A stretch of 64,000 bases of DNA from Planctomycetota bacterium. Its GTDB lineage: Bacteria > Planctomycetota > Phycisphaerae > WQYP01. Under the pieces are notes generated by a model. It was not told where the DNA came from. It made no database searches and saw nothing but the letters and a program-made list of their open reading frames with translations. Below, in pieces: positions 9,198 to 19,017 of the stretch. Both the position numbers and the translations under genes were made by a program. The stretch is from contig JAJYDW010000003.1 of the NCBI GenBank assembly GCA_021790385.1, forward strand, positions 25,869-89,868. The letters run 5' to 3'. How positions within the stretch are numbered: position 1 is the stretch's first letter; each line of letters begins with the position of its first letter.

Positions 9198-11759
9198 TTA
9201 TACCACATCATAATTCACCCATTTCCGGCTTAGCCAGAATTGAATCGCCGTTAACCCCAATATCAGCAGCAGCAGAATCCACGCCAGGGCCGAAGCATAG
9301 CCCATCCGAAAGTATTTAAACGCCTGATTGAACAGATACAACGCATAAAAATCCGTTGAATGGTCCGGCCCACCTGAGGTCATAATGTACGACTGACTGA
9401 AAATCTGCATCGTGCCGATCACACCCATGATGAGGTTGAAAAATATGTAGGGCGTGAGCATCGGCAGCGTGATATTCCAAAATCGCCGCACCGGACCCGC
9501 ACCGTCCATCTTGGCTGCCTCATAGAGTTGCGTCGGTATGCCCTTCAACCCCGCCAGCCAGATAATCATTCCCGAACCGGCACCCCACAACCCCATCAAA
9601 ATAATCCCCGCCTTGGACCCCAGCAGCCAGGACGGACTGTTAAGCCACAGCGGCGGGTGCGCTACGCCGAAGTCTTTTAACAGCGAATTGAGTAAACCGT
9701 TCACCGGGTTTAATATCCACATCCACAAATAGGCCGCCGCCACCGCCGGCACCACCGCTGGCAAATAGAAAATCGTACGATACAGCCGAATGCCGCGAAC
9801 TTCCGTATTCAGCAGCAGCGCCAACCCCAGACCCACCGCCATACCCAACGGTACGCCAATGAGCATATACGCCGTATTGGCCAGTGAATACCAGAACAGC
9901 GAATGACCGAACAACACCCGCTGATAATTTTCCAGCCCCACCCAACGCGGAGCATGCAACAGATTGTACCGGCAAAAACTATACAGCAGCGAGGCCACCA
10001 TCGGTCCAATTGAAAAAATAAGAAACCCTGCGATGGCCGGACCCGCAAACATCCACCCCATGGCCGTCTGCGATCGACGCCACGCCGCCAGTCGGTTCTT
10101 CCGCCATTCCCGCCAGAAACCCGCCAACATCAACACCAAGGCCGCCACTCCAAGCAGCACCATGACCATACCCTCCGGCAGCCGGGCCGCTGGCAGCGGA
10201 TGCAGGATGCGGTCAAGTCGCCGCTGAACCCTTTTTGTCGCCAGCGTCAGAGCCACTTGGGCACTTAGCCCGGCGCGAAACACACTGCTCTGGGCCTGCA
10301 GCATCTGGTTCCACATATACTCGCCTACCGGCGTAACCGGCCGGTTGTGACTGATCTTCAGGAGCTGGTAACACATGTGCATGGCTGTGGCCACACGCGG
10401 CGGAATGTTCGGATTGTTCTGCACGTAACGCCGGTACATCTCGCGATTGATGGCCGGTTGGGCGGTAAAGCCAGGGAGATACGTGCGGCCACGCGCCGCA
10501 TAATACCGGCTGTTCACCCGATTATAGATCTCCGCTCCACGACGACTCACGAAAAAGCGTATGAATTCAAATGCTAATTTCTTGTGCGATGCGGTCTGCG
10601 GTATTACCAGGGCAAAGCCTCCGCTCCAGGTCGCAGACTTATGGCCACGCAGCGGCGGCGGAGGGGCTACACCAAAGCGTAAATGCCGCCGGTATCGGAC
10701 GACTTCATTGAGCACCCAGTTGCCATCAATTTTCATCGCCAGCTTGCCGCTCAGGAATGGGTCAAACTGCGCACCAGAACCGGCATTGACAAAGGCATTG
10801 ACCTGATTGATGCCCCCCTGCAATTGATACAATTGCGCCATGTACGCCAGAGCCTTAACCACCGGCGGAGAATCCATGGTGCAGCGTGTGCACGCACGGT
10901 TCATAAATCTTCCACCATCCAGAAAGGCATAGATATACAGCCAGCTATTGCCATAATTCGGAGCAAAACCCAACTGTGTCAGATCGCCGGCGGCGTTGCG
11001 CCGAGAAAGCTTCAGGGCATCCCGCTGAAGTTGACCCCATGTTTTGGGAGGCCTCACCCGCCCTTGCCGGTTTACTAAACCGGCCTGTCGGAGTTCATCC
11101 GAATTATAAAACAGCACCCGCACCTCAGTACCGGTCGGAATGCCATAAACTCCACCCTGATACGATGCTTCCCGCCAGCAGAATGGATAATAATCCGCAG
11201 AATTGATGCCTTCAGGTCCACCCTGCTTTTGCCGCATCATACTTTCTTTGATGAGATCATTGAGCCGGTAAAATGCCCCCAGCACCGCCCACTGCCCAAT
11301 GGTAAACCTATCCTGGTAGACGATATTCGGTGGCTCACCGCCCATAATGGCCGTGGCCAAACGCTGGGATCCATTCGTTCCACCGTCATAAAGCGAAGCC
11401 ACAATTTTCACCCCGGGATGATCGGCTTCAAATTGATGCACAATCGCTTCTACCCCACGATCGCGCGATATCGTCCAAAAATTCAGGCGTATCGGTCGCC
11501 GCGGGGTATTCCCGGCCGCCATCACCTTTGCCCCACCGCACAGAAAGTACACAACCCCCCAGGTCAAAACCACCAGCAACGCCAATCTTAAGGACCGCTG
11601 GCGGCTTACGCCCTGATAAATGGATTGGCTCAGAGCCACATCATCCCCTGCCACGCGCTGCCAAAAATACCGGATGCTTGGCCCTATCGGCTTACAACCG
11701 ATATTTTTTAGCCTGGTTTCCATAGAGTGCCGACAGACAACTTCGGCGGCAACATTCAA
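9198..11759 (-). CDS. Fusion protein: membrane-anchored family-1 solute-binding protein fused to a MalF/UgpA-like ABC permease
   Basis: The N-terminal anchor is LALLVVLTWGVVYFLCG. The binding-protein-like region is IRLNFWTISRDRGVEAIVHQFEADHPGVKIV...GGEPPNIVYQD. The C-terminal six-TM permease carries the EAA loop YEAAKMDGAGPVRRFWNITLPMLTP. Confidence 0.8.
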   Translation of the reverse strand: MNVAAEVVCRHSMETRLKNIGCKPIGPSIRYFWQRVAGDDVALSQSIYQGVSRQRSLRLALLVVLTWGVVYFLCGGAKVMAAGNTPRRPIRLNFWTISRDRGVEAIVHQFEADHPGVKIVASLYDGGTNGSQRLATAIMGGEPPNIVYQDRFTIGQWAVLGAFYRLNDLIKESMMRQKQGGPEGINSADYYPFCWREASYQGGVYGIPTGTEVRVLFYNSDELRQAGLVNRQGRVRPPKTWGQLQRDALKLSRRNAAGDLTQLGFAPNYGNSWLYIYAFLDGGRFMNRACTRCTMDSPPVVKALAYMAQLYQLQGGINQVNAFVNAGSGAQFDPFLSGKLAMKIDGNWVLNEVVRYRRHLRFGVAPPPPLRGHKSATWSGGFALVIPQTASHKKLAFEFIRFFVSRRGAEIYNRVNSRYYAARGRTYLPGFTAQPAINREMYRRYVQNNPNIPPRVATAMHMCYQLLKISHNRPVTPVGEYMWNQMLQAQSSVFRAGLSAQVALTLATKRVQRRLDRILHPLPAARLPEGMVMVLLGVAALVLMLAGFWREWRKNRLAAWRRSQTAMGWMFAGPAIAGFLIFSIGPMVASLLYSFCRYNLLHAPRWVGLENYQRVLFGHSLFWYSLANTAYMLIGVPLGMAVGLGLALLLNTEVRGIRLYRTIFYLPAVVPAVAAAYLWMWILNPVNGLLNSLLKDFGVAHPPLWLNSPSWLLGSKAGIILMGLWGAGSGMIIWLAGLKGIPTQLYEAAKMDGAGPVRRFWNITLPMLTPYIFFNLIMGVIGTMQIFSQSYIMTSGGPDHSTDFYALYLFNQAFKYFRMGYASALAWILLLLILGLTAIQFWLSRKWVNYDVV

Positions 11760-11955
11760 ATTTTATACCATGGGCTGCAATTTTTATAAACCAGCGCCGG
11801 CCTCAATTGGATGTTTCAGATTCTCCTGCTTCGCGGCACGCTTGCCTGCCGCTGCCGCTGCGGTTACGGTTTGGCAGTTGTTACAGGTGGACCAGCTTTC
11901 GCCAACTCCCACCACAAATGTACGGCGAAAATCCGCCCATCGCCGCGGCAAGGCG

Positions 11956-12543
11956 ATGAGCCTGTTTTTTACTGGAGTTCACATGGGAATTGCCACTCCC
12001 GCCTTTCCGGTGCTGCAGTTTGCCGGCCTCTTAGCCGCAAACACAGACCAGCTCGAAGCCGCTCGCCACGAATTGATGGACTGCTACGGGCCTATAGACG
12101 CAATGTCTGATCCCCTGCCGTTTACTTTTACTTCATATTATGACGATGAAATGGGCCAGGGGCTGTTACGGCAGTGGATTTGTTTCAGTACCCTATTTGC
12201 ACCGGAACAATTAAGCCGCTGCAAACACCAGACCAACAAGGCCGAGCTTGTGCTGGCCCGGCAATTCCCCCATGGGCCACGCCGCCCCATTAACATTGAT
12301 CCGGGGTATCTCAATCGCTTCAAAGTGATCCTGGCCTCCACCAAGGACCACAGCCATCGGGTATATTTAGGCGACGGTATTTACGGCGAGGTAACGCTTC
12401 ACTGGAGCAAAAGTGGATGGACGCCATGGCCGTGGACCTACGCGGATTATCAAACCTCCGTGGCTCTGAATTTTTTGACCCAGGCCCGGGACACTTATTT
12501 GAAGTTGCTCCAGCAACGATTGGGGCCGGGTGGCAGAGGCTGA
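11956..12543 (+). CDS. DUF4416-family protein
   Basis: The region PFTFTSYYDDEMGQGLLRQW...INIDPGYLNRFKVILASTKDHSHRVYLGDGIYGEVTLHW...WPWTYADY matches my recollection of the DUF4416 family. The track ORF from 11620 overlaps the divergent ABC gene. ATG 11956 or ATG 11983 are the likely starts. Confidence 0.6.
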   Translation: MSLFFTGVHMGIATPAFPVLQFAGLLAANTDQLEAARHELMDCYGPIDAMSDPLPFTFTSYYDDEMGQGLLRQWICFSTLFAPEQLSRCKHQTNKAELVLARQFPHGPRRPINIDPGYLNRFKVILASTKDHSHRVYLGDGIYGEVTLHWSKSGWTPWPWTYADYQTSVALNFLTQARDTYLKLLQQRLGPGGRG

Positions 12544-12614
12544 TAATCTCCGCAGTAAAGATTGCAAAGCCCGAACCAGGGCGAACTTGGTGGTATCTGG
12601 TGTAGGACGTTTTC

Positions 12615-13733
12615 ATGTTGATTTTTGGCCTGGTATTGTTTGTTGCGGCCTTGGGACTTTCCACCATGGGCACGGCCATCGCCGTTCGATTGGCACCGCG
12701 GCTGGGAATGATGGACCAGCCCGGTCAACGCAAAGTTCATCTCTCGGCCAAACCACGCAATGGTGGTATGGCCATTTTCTGCGGCATTGGCCTGCCATTA
12801 TTGGCTGCTATTATTTTCACTCCATTGCTGGAACAGCCATGGCTGACCCATGTACTGCCAAGGTCCGTAACCTTAGAAATTCCCGGATTGCTGGCCCATC
12901 GCGCACTGGCTCTGGTCTTGTTCTTCTGCACCGCCGCCATCCATCTGCTCGGATTACTGGATGATCGCCGGCCCTTGGCCGCTGTTCCCAAACTTGTAGG
13001 ACAAATTGTCATTGCTGCCGCCCTGGTCATCGGCGGCGAATTTGCCGCCCCGGGTGGCTTTCGCATTTTCACTCTGCTGGATCATCTGTTCCGGGGTGGA
13101 ATAATAATCTCCGGTATCGCCACCATCCTATGGATCGTCATACTGACCAACGCTTTTAATTTTATGGACAACATGGATGGTCTTTCTGCCGGGGTGGCGC
13201 TTATCTGCGGACTCATGTTTTTTCTGGCAGCCCTGCACGCCGGCCAATGGTTTATCTGCGGGCTTTTGCTGCTGTATCTGGGCGCAACCTTGGGCTTCTT
13301 ATTTTACAACTTTCCACCTGCGGCGATTTTCATGGGCGATGGCGGCAGCATGGTCTTGGGCTTTTTTCTCGCGGCGCTTACCATTCGCACCACCTACTAC
13401 CATAGCGGCTCAAAGTGGTGGGCCATCTTTATGCCGCTGATTGTTACCGCCGTGCCTCTGTATGATTTTTTCGTGATCATTGCCATACGGCTCTGGCGGC
13501 ATCGCAGTCCCATGCAGGGCGATGTGAATCATTTTTCCCACCGCCTGACGCGGCATGGTTTCACGCAGCGAGGTGCGGTACTGGTTATTTATGCCGTTAC
13601 ACTGGCCAGTGGCATTTCCGCGCCGCTGCTTGCCCTGACCAACAACGCTGGAGCCATCCTCATTGCCACGCAGTGCGCCGCCATTCTGGTTATTGTCGGA
13701 ATCCTGGAGCGAGTCGGAGACCATCTGGTATGA
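12615..13733 (+). CDS. Glycosyltransferase family 4 polyprenyl-phosphate sugar-1-phosphate transferase (WecA/MraY family)
   Basis: Motifs are GMMDQPGQRKVH and NAFNFMDNMDGLSAG, in a polytopic membrane profile. Confidence 0.85.
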   Translation: MLIFGLVLFVAALGLSTMGTAIAVRLAPRLGMMDQPGQRKVHLSAKPRNGGMAIFCGIGLPLLAAIIFTPLLEQPWLTHVLPRSVTLEIPGLLAHRALALVLFFCTAAIHLLGLLDDRRPLAAVPKLVGQIVIAAALVIGGEFAAPGGFRIFTLLDHLFRGGIIISGIATILWIVILTNAFNFMDNMDGLSAGVALICGLMFFLAALHAGQWFICGLLLLYLGATLGFLFYNFPPAAIFMGDGGSMVLGFFLAALTIRTTYYHSGSKWWAIFMPLIVTAVPLYDFFVIIAIRLWRHRSPMQGDVNHFSHRLTRHGFTQRGAVLVIYAVTLASGISAPLLALTNNAGAILIATQCAAILVIVGILERVGDHLV

Positions 13734-15937
13734 AACCCCGGATGCAAACTTTTCTGGCCTGGACGGCTCTCTCCGGCCTGCTGCTGGTACTCGCGGTGCG
13801 CATGACCCTGCTGGAAGTCACCATCCGCACCATACCGCATGTAACAATGGGGGGCGCCGGCCGAACTATTCTCCATTTTCCAGGTCCGACGGAAATTGTT
13901 GGGGCCGGCATTATCACCTTTGCTCTTACCGGCTTAGCTTTGATCGCTGCGGAAAAAATCCGCAAAGTCGCCTGGCTGCTGCTGGCTTTAATTCTGATGA
14001 TCTTGGCGCTGGCGGTAGCAGGTACGTTTCATGCTGCCAATCGTTTCGCCGCCCTGGTCGGTGTTTTTGATGCCGGCATGGGACTTCTGGCTGGCTGGGC
14101 CATGTTAATCCTCTGTACCACCGATCGACGGCGACAATGGGTCGTAGTGGTCATGGTCGGCTTTCTGACCATGCTGTGCGTGAAGGGGTTTTATCAACAT
14201 TATGTGGAAATCCCTGAAACCATTCACTACTTCTTCCACCACGAAGCGAAATATGCCCGCCAGATGGGCTGGAAAATTAACTCTCCGGAAATGAAACTGT
14301 ATATCGGCCGATTGAATTCCCGAGAAGTAACCGGTTTTTTTGACCTCAGCGATGCCTTTGCCGAAGCCATGTGCCCCCTGCTGATGCTGGTGGCGGCATT
14401 GGGTATTGCACTCTTCAACTCGCGTAACGCCGATCCCCCAGCTTTCCCGCCCCCACCAGATAACTTTCCCGCAGGCCGCTCCCCGCGCCGCGCTGTGCCA
14501 AATCCTGATGATGCCGACGGGGTTGATATTCCGTTGCCGCAATTTCTCGCCGTTTGTTCGACTGTTATTTTTCTGGCCGGCCTTGCCATCGTTGTTTTCA
14601 CTAAAAGTAAAGGTGGTCTGGCCAGCGCAGTTCTTTGCCTGCTGGCATTGTTGGCAGCATGGCGATGGCGACACTGGGTGGCGCTCTATCGCCGGCACGT
14701 GACCATCGCAATGGTGCTGCTGGCTGCAGCAGGAACAGCCGGGTTATTGATCTGGGGTTTTCATTTTCACAGCCTGCCCACCAAAAGCCTCAAATTTCGC
14801 TGGGAATATTGGACAGGTGCCGTGCCGATGATCTTTCATCATCCACTCCTGGGCGTGGGATTAAATAACTTCGGCTATTATTATACTCAGTATAAACTGC
14901 CCAGTGCGCCGGAAGACGTTAAAAATCCGCACAGCGTACTGGTCCGAGTTGCCGCGGAAATGGGCCTTCCAGCCATGGTGCTGTGGGCCGCGGTGATTGC
15001 CGTTTATTTCAGCCTGGTTCTGGAAACTCAGCCCACAACGCCCCGTGCATGTGTTTCGTCTCAGCCCCTGTCAGTCTGGGCCGTGGCGTTATTTGCTCTG
15101 GCCTGGTGGTGGATTCATTTTATGGTGCTTGGTACCACCCGGCATACAGTGGAATACGTTGCCCTGCTCGACACTCTGTATGGATTCGCCGCTGTCATCG
15201 GTATGGTGCTGGCTTCCTTCGCCTGGGCCTGCCTGAAACCCGAATTCCGCCGCTTTGTCGCCTTGGCCGGAGTACTGGGAGCCGCGGGCATGTTTCTCTA
15301 TGATCAAGTCAACATGGCCCAGGTTACAAGTTCTGTAGCCATGCTTTTTTGGATGGTGCTGGGGGCCTTAGCCGCCCCACTTTTACCCTCAAGCCCGGAC
15401 CAGGGCTCTGCGCCGCTCAAAGGTTCTACACGCTTCTGGCCAAGCGCAACCTTGGGAACGTTGGGTTTGCTCGGAGCCGTACTGGCCGCCATGCTCATCT
15501 GGGTACCTATAATCCGCCGCACTCAGCCTTGGGATCCCACACGCTTTGCAAACCAGTATTCCCAGAACCTGGCCGTCGGTAACCTGCCTGCCGCACTTCG
15601 CGATGCCCAGGCCGTATTGCAACGAGATACCCGATCACAAAACTGGCTAAGTCAGATCATCGCCATAAAAATGCGGCTCGGAAAAGACCCGGCCCCGCAA
15701 GTACAGAAAATGTTCGCACTCAACCGTGCCGACGCTCGCTTCCGCTTTCGCCTTGTCAGCACCGCCGCCTGCGGGCTAACACCCGCACAGCGCCTGGCCC
15801 AACTGCATTTGGCCCTGAAACTAAATGCCCAATTGCCGCCCACGGAACCCGCCAGATTCACGCCCCGGGAGCTTACCATAATCCACCGGTTGATCCACGC
15901 CCTGGCCGCCTCCAATAGTCACGCCGCCGGTCAATAA
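13730..15937 (+). CDS. O-antigen ligase/polymerase-like (Wzy_C-type) polytopic membrane protein with a C-terminal helical-repeat tail
   Basis: The core is HHPLLGVGLNNFGYYY...NPHSVLVRVAAEMGLPA, flanked by many TM helices. The ATG at 13730 overlaps the upstream stop as ATGA. Confidence 0.72.
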   Translation: MKPRMQTFLAWTALSGLLLVLAVRMTLLEVTIRTIPHVTMGGAGRTILHFPGPTEIVGAGIITFALTGLALIAAEKIRKVAWLLLALILMILALAVAGTFHAANRFAALVGVFDAGMGLLAGWAMLILCTTDRRRQWVVVVMVGFLTMLCVKGFYQHYVEIPETIHYFFHHEAKYARQMGWKINSPEMKLYIGRLNSREVTGFFDLSDAFAEAMCPLLMLVAALGIALFNSRNADPPAFPPPPDNFPAGRSPRRAVPNPDDADGVDIPLPQFLAVCSTVIFLAGLAIVVFTKSKGGLASAVLCLLALLAAWRWRHWVALYRRHVTIAMVLLAAAGTAGLLIWGFHFHSLPTKSLKFRWEYWTGAVPMIFHHPLLGVGLNNFGYYYTQYKLPSAPEDVKNPHSVLVRVAAEMGLPAMVLWAAVIAVYFSLVLETQPTTPRACVSSQPLSVWAVALFALAWWWIHFMVLGTTRHTVEYVALLDTLYGFAAVIGMVLASFAWACLKPEFRRFVALAGVLGAAGMFLYDQVNMAQVTSSVAMLFWMVLGALAAPLLPSSPDQGSAPLKGSTRFWPSATLGTLGLLGAVLAAMLIWVPIIRRTQPWDPTRFANQYSQNLAVGNLPAALRDAQAVLQRDTRSQNWLSQIIAIKMRLGKDPAPQVQKMFALNRADARFRFRLVSTAACGLTPAQRLAQLHLALKLNAQLPPTEPARFTPRELTIIHRLIHALAASNSHAAGQ

Positions 15938-16794
15938 TTCACCATCAGATAAAGCGGTGCCGCATTGGGGTTGTAATGCGAAGGCCCCTTGAGAATCGCT
16001 TGCACACTGGCTGGTGCCGTCACTGTTACTAGGTCGTTCACTTCACTGATATTCGCCTTACCGCCATGATTCAGCCATATTCTTGGCCGCACCGTATTCG
16101 TAATCAATTCCAGTATATTGGTGGAAATGGGATGATGCGGTCCCGGCTTGCGGGCGACCTTTTTCGCACCGGGTTTGCGAAAAGTCTCCAGGTTGGTGCC
16201 GGCGCGAATGATTCGCGGTAAGTTTTCAATCAAATCTTCCAGGTGATAGGTCCGCGTAATAAGTGTTTCATCATCCTGCTGTTGCGTCGTAACAAATAAA
16301 ACATTTTCCTGTGCGGTAATCACCATGTGCACATGCGGAGCAAACTGTTTGAGGACCGTCACCAGATCTTGTTTATACGATGCCGCACCCAGCTTCACAT
16401 CTTCTCTCTTTTGCAAATCGATATGCCGACGCTCCATCGCCGCCCAACTACCCACCAAATTAGTTCTCGTAACACGGGAAAGCTTATCCAGAACTTGCGC
16501 AAGGCTGACCCGCCTGAGGACCAGCGCCGGCACAACATGAGCCAGCAGCGCACCATCGTTGACCACAAAAACGCACCGTCCAATTTCGGCAGGCCGAAAG
16601 TTCAGATCCTTGGGAAAAATGCCTTTCGCTGGACGGGTGCTGACCAGAGTCGCAGCGACTGTCTGTACCAGCGTCGGGATGCTGCCCACGCAGGCCAACG
16701 CCACTGCCACGCCTGCCAACCCGCGCAGCGGCCACAAAAAAGCTAAAACACTCCGATCGCCGTTGGATAAACGCCAACGCCCTTTACCCTTCAT
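15931..16794 (-). CDS. Hypothetical exported protein, secretin-N/NolW-like repeat. Paralog of the next gene.
   Basis: It has an N-terminal hydrophobic anchor. ITRTYHLEDLIENLP and NDLVTVTAPASVQAILKG align by eye with VTRVYDIQDLIMTIP and GQLVVSAPVYVQQLIGG in 16815-17627. Confidence 0.55.
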   Translation of the reverse strand: MKGKGRWRLSNGDRSVLAFLWPLRGLAGVAVALACVGSIPTLVQTVAATLVSTRPAKGIFPKDLNFRPAEIGRCVFVVNDGALLAHVVPALVLRRVSLAQVLDKLSRVTRTNLVGSWAAMERRHIDLQKREDVKLGAASYKQDLVTVLKQFAPHVHMVITAQENVLFVTTQQQDDETLITRTYHLEDLIENLPRIIRAGTNLETFRKPGAKKVARKPGPHHPISTNILELITNTVRPRIWLNHGGKANISEVNDLVTVTAPASVQAILKGPSHYNPNAAPLYLMVNY

Positions 16795-16814
16795 GCCTGT
16801 GCCCGCCTTAAACT

Positions 16815-17627
16815 TTACCGGCCTCCGATCAACTGTTGCACATACACCGGTGCACTAACCACCAATTGCCCGCGAAAGTAGGTGATCGTGCATTGGCCCC
16901 CACCGGAAGTCCACAGGCTCGGATGAATCGTATGCTCGATGAGCCGCACGATCGCCTTGGCCCGGGTGGCCGGCGTTGAACTTGGCGTGCTTGCTGCGTT
17001 GCCATTACCTCCAAATAAATTACCCTGATTTGTCGCGGAGCCTGCACTGCCGCTGCTCACACTGGTGCTGGTGTTTTGTGTTGCGGACTGCAGATTAAAC
17101 TGCGGAAAATTGGTGAAATTGGGAATCGTCATGATCAAATCTTGAATGTCGTATACCCGCGTTACCCGCCGCTGGTTCGCTTCCGCCACCGTCGTAATGG
17201 TCAGCACGTTGTCATGCACATACGATATCAGCGGCGTTTGCGGCGAAACCTGAGCCAGCATCAAGTTGACCAGTTCTTCCGCCGAAACATATCTCAAATT
17301 CATATCTATGGGGCTTGTTTTCATGACACCGGCCGCTTCCAATGCCGCCCAGTTCACGAAAATATTTGCTCCGGTTGTATCTCGCAGATATTGAATGGCA
17401 TCCTGAAACGGAGCGTTATTCATCCGCGTATGCGGCAAAATGTAACGAATAGCATTTTTGGTATTAACGCTGTAACTCTGGGCTGCCGCTCTGGCCGCAC
17501 TCCCATTCAGCAGCGCCACACCAAGCAAGGCCAGCAAGGCCGTCACCGGAAGTCTCCAATGCACAGTCCACATGTATTGGTATAGGTTGCGGCGGATACC
17601 TGCGTTGGTGATGGGATCGTGTAACAT
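16815..17627 (-). CDS. Hypothetical exported protein, secretin-N/NolW-like repeat. Paralog of the previous gene.
   Basis: It has a signal-like segment (LPVTALLALLGVALLNGSAARAAA), the same domain order as 15931-16794, and a Ser/Thr/Gly/Asn-rich linker. Confidence 0.55.
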   Translation of the reverse strand: MLHDPITNAGIRRNLYQYMWTVHWRLPVTALLALLGVALLNGSAARAAAQSYSVNTKNAIRYILPHTRMNNAPFQDAIQYLRDTTGANIFVNWAALEAAGVMKTSPIDMNLRYVSAEELVNLMLAQVSPQTPLISYVHDNVLTITTVAEANQRRVTRVYDIQDLIMTIPNFTNFPQFNLQSATQNTSTSVSSGSAGSATNQGNLFGGNGNAASTPSSTPATRAKAIVRLIEHTIHPSLWTSGGGQCTITYFRGQLVVSAPVYVQQLIGGR

Positions 17628-17815
17628 GGCATGAACCTCCTTAAAAGGGTTACACCTTCACGAAACAAGTCCGTGAATCGTTCACTCATGTTATTATATC
17701 GGGCCGCTGGGGTAAAAAAAGCAAGGTGCCCTCTGGAATGCACAGACCGGCGGATACCCAGCACCAATAACCGGTCCCTCGACATACAGGCGTAAAATGC
17801 CATTGAGGATAAAAA

Positions 17816-18949
17816 ATGGCCCTGAACGATCCGGATTCTGATGAAAAATACATGCGGTTGGCCCTGGAGCTGGCCGCCCGCGGACGGGGCTTAGTTGAGC
17901 CAAATCCCATGGTGGGAGCCATTATTGTCCGGGACAAAACCATTGTGGGCCGCGGCTGGCACCGCCGCTTTGGCGGTCCCCACGCAGAAATCGAAGCTTT
18001 GCGTCAGGCTGGTGCCAAAGCCAGAGGTGCTACGCTCTATGTAACCCTTGAACCCTGCTGCCACACCGGCAAGACAGGCCCCTGCACGCAGGCTTTGATC
18101 AATGCGGGTATCAAACGCGTCGTAGCCGCTATGATGGACCCTTACCATCAGGTCCGCGGTCATGGCTTTGCAACACTGCGGCGGGCCAAAATCAGAGTGC
18201 GGGTCGGCATGGGCCGGCAGCAGGCCCGCCAACTCAACAGCCCTTTCATCAAGCGCCTCGCCACCGGCAGGCCTTACGTGATTGCCAAATGGGCCCAGAC
18301 GCTGGATGGATGCGTGGCTGATCGCACCAACCAGTCCCAATGGATCACTTCCGCCACCTCCCGTCGCCATGTCCATTTTTTACGAGCACACATGGACGCA
18401 ATTATCGTCGGCATCGGCACCGCATTAGCCGATAATCCACTGCTGACCGCCCGATTGCCTGGAAACAAAAAACCGCCACGTCTGGCTACCCGCGTCGTTC
18501 TCGATCGCCAGTGCCGGTTGCCTTTAACTTCGCAACTGGTGCACACCGCCGCTACCATCCCGGTCCTCCTGTTCCATGGCAATAATCTCGATCCCGCAGC
18601 CTTGGCCCGCCGCCACAAGCTTCTCCAGGCCGGCGTGGAAATGTTGGCCATCGACGCCGACTCCCATGGTCACCTTAACATACGCAGCGCCCTGCAACAG
18701 CTTGGTCAAAGGGGCATGACCAACGTGCTGGTGGAAGGTGGCCCACGCCTGATGGCTTCGCTGCTGGCAGAGCACCTGGCTGACGAAATCCACGTCTACG
18801 TCGCCCCCATTATTCTTGGCGATGCCCAGGCCCGCCATGCCGTGGAGGGGCAATTCATACGCCGCTTGGCGCAGGCCAGTCCAGGAAAAATCCTCGCCAT
18901 CCAGCAACTCGGACCTGATATCCACATCCTGTTGCGTCCACCTGCTTAA
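17816..18949 (+). CDS. ribD: Bifunctional riboflavin biosynthesis deaminase/reductase
   Basis: The deaminase zinc motifs are HAEIEAL and TLEPCCHTGKTGPC. The C-terminal RibD_C reductase domain includes YVIAKWAQTLDG. Confidence 0.93.
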   Translation: MALNDPDSDEKYMRLALELAARGRGLVEPNPMVGAIIVRDKTIVGRGWHRRFGGPHAEIEALRQAGAKARGATLYVTLEPCCHTGKTGPCTQALINAGIKRVVAAMMDPYHQVRGHGFATLRRAKIRVRVGMGRQQARQLNSPFIKRLATGRPYVIAKWAQTLDGCVADRTNQSQWITSATSRRHVHFLRAHMDAIIVGIGTALADNPLLTARLPGNKKPPRLATRVVLDRQCRLPLTSQLVHTAATIPVLLFHGNNLDPAALARRHKLLQAGVEMLAIDADSHGHLNIRSALQQLGQRGMTNVLVEGGPRLMASLLAEHLADEIHVYVAPIILGDAQARHAVEGQFIRRLAQASPGKILAIQQLGPDIHILLRPPA

Positions 18950-19017
18950 TTTCCACCCACCCATCATGTCAATGGAGGCTGCTGTTGAATGCAACTCGCC
19001 AGACTGATCTCTGAATT

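Noticed and set aside
11620-11955. The N-terminal 112 codons of the track ORF for the DUF4416 gene.
   Set aside because: - This part overlaps the start of the divergent ABC fusion gene and has an odd composition.
- Family-like sequence begins only after the ATG at 11956 or 11983.
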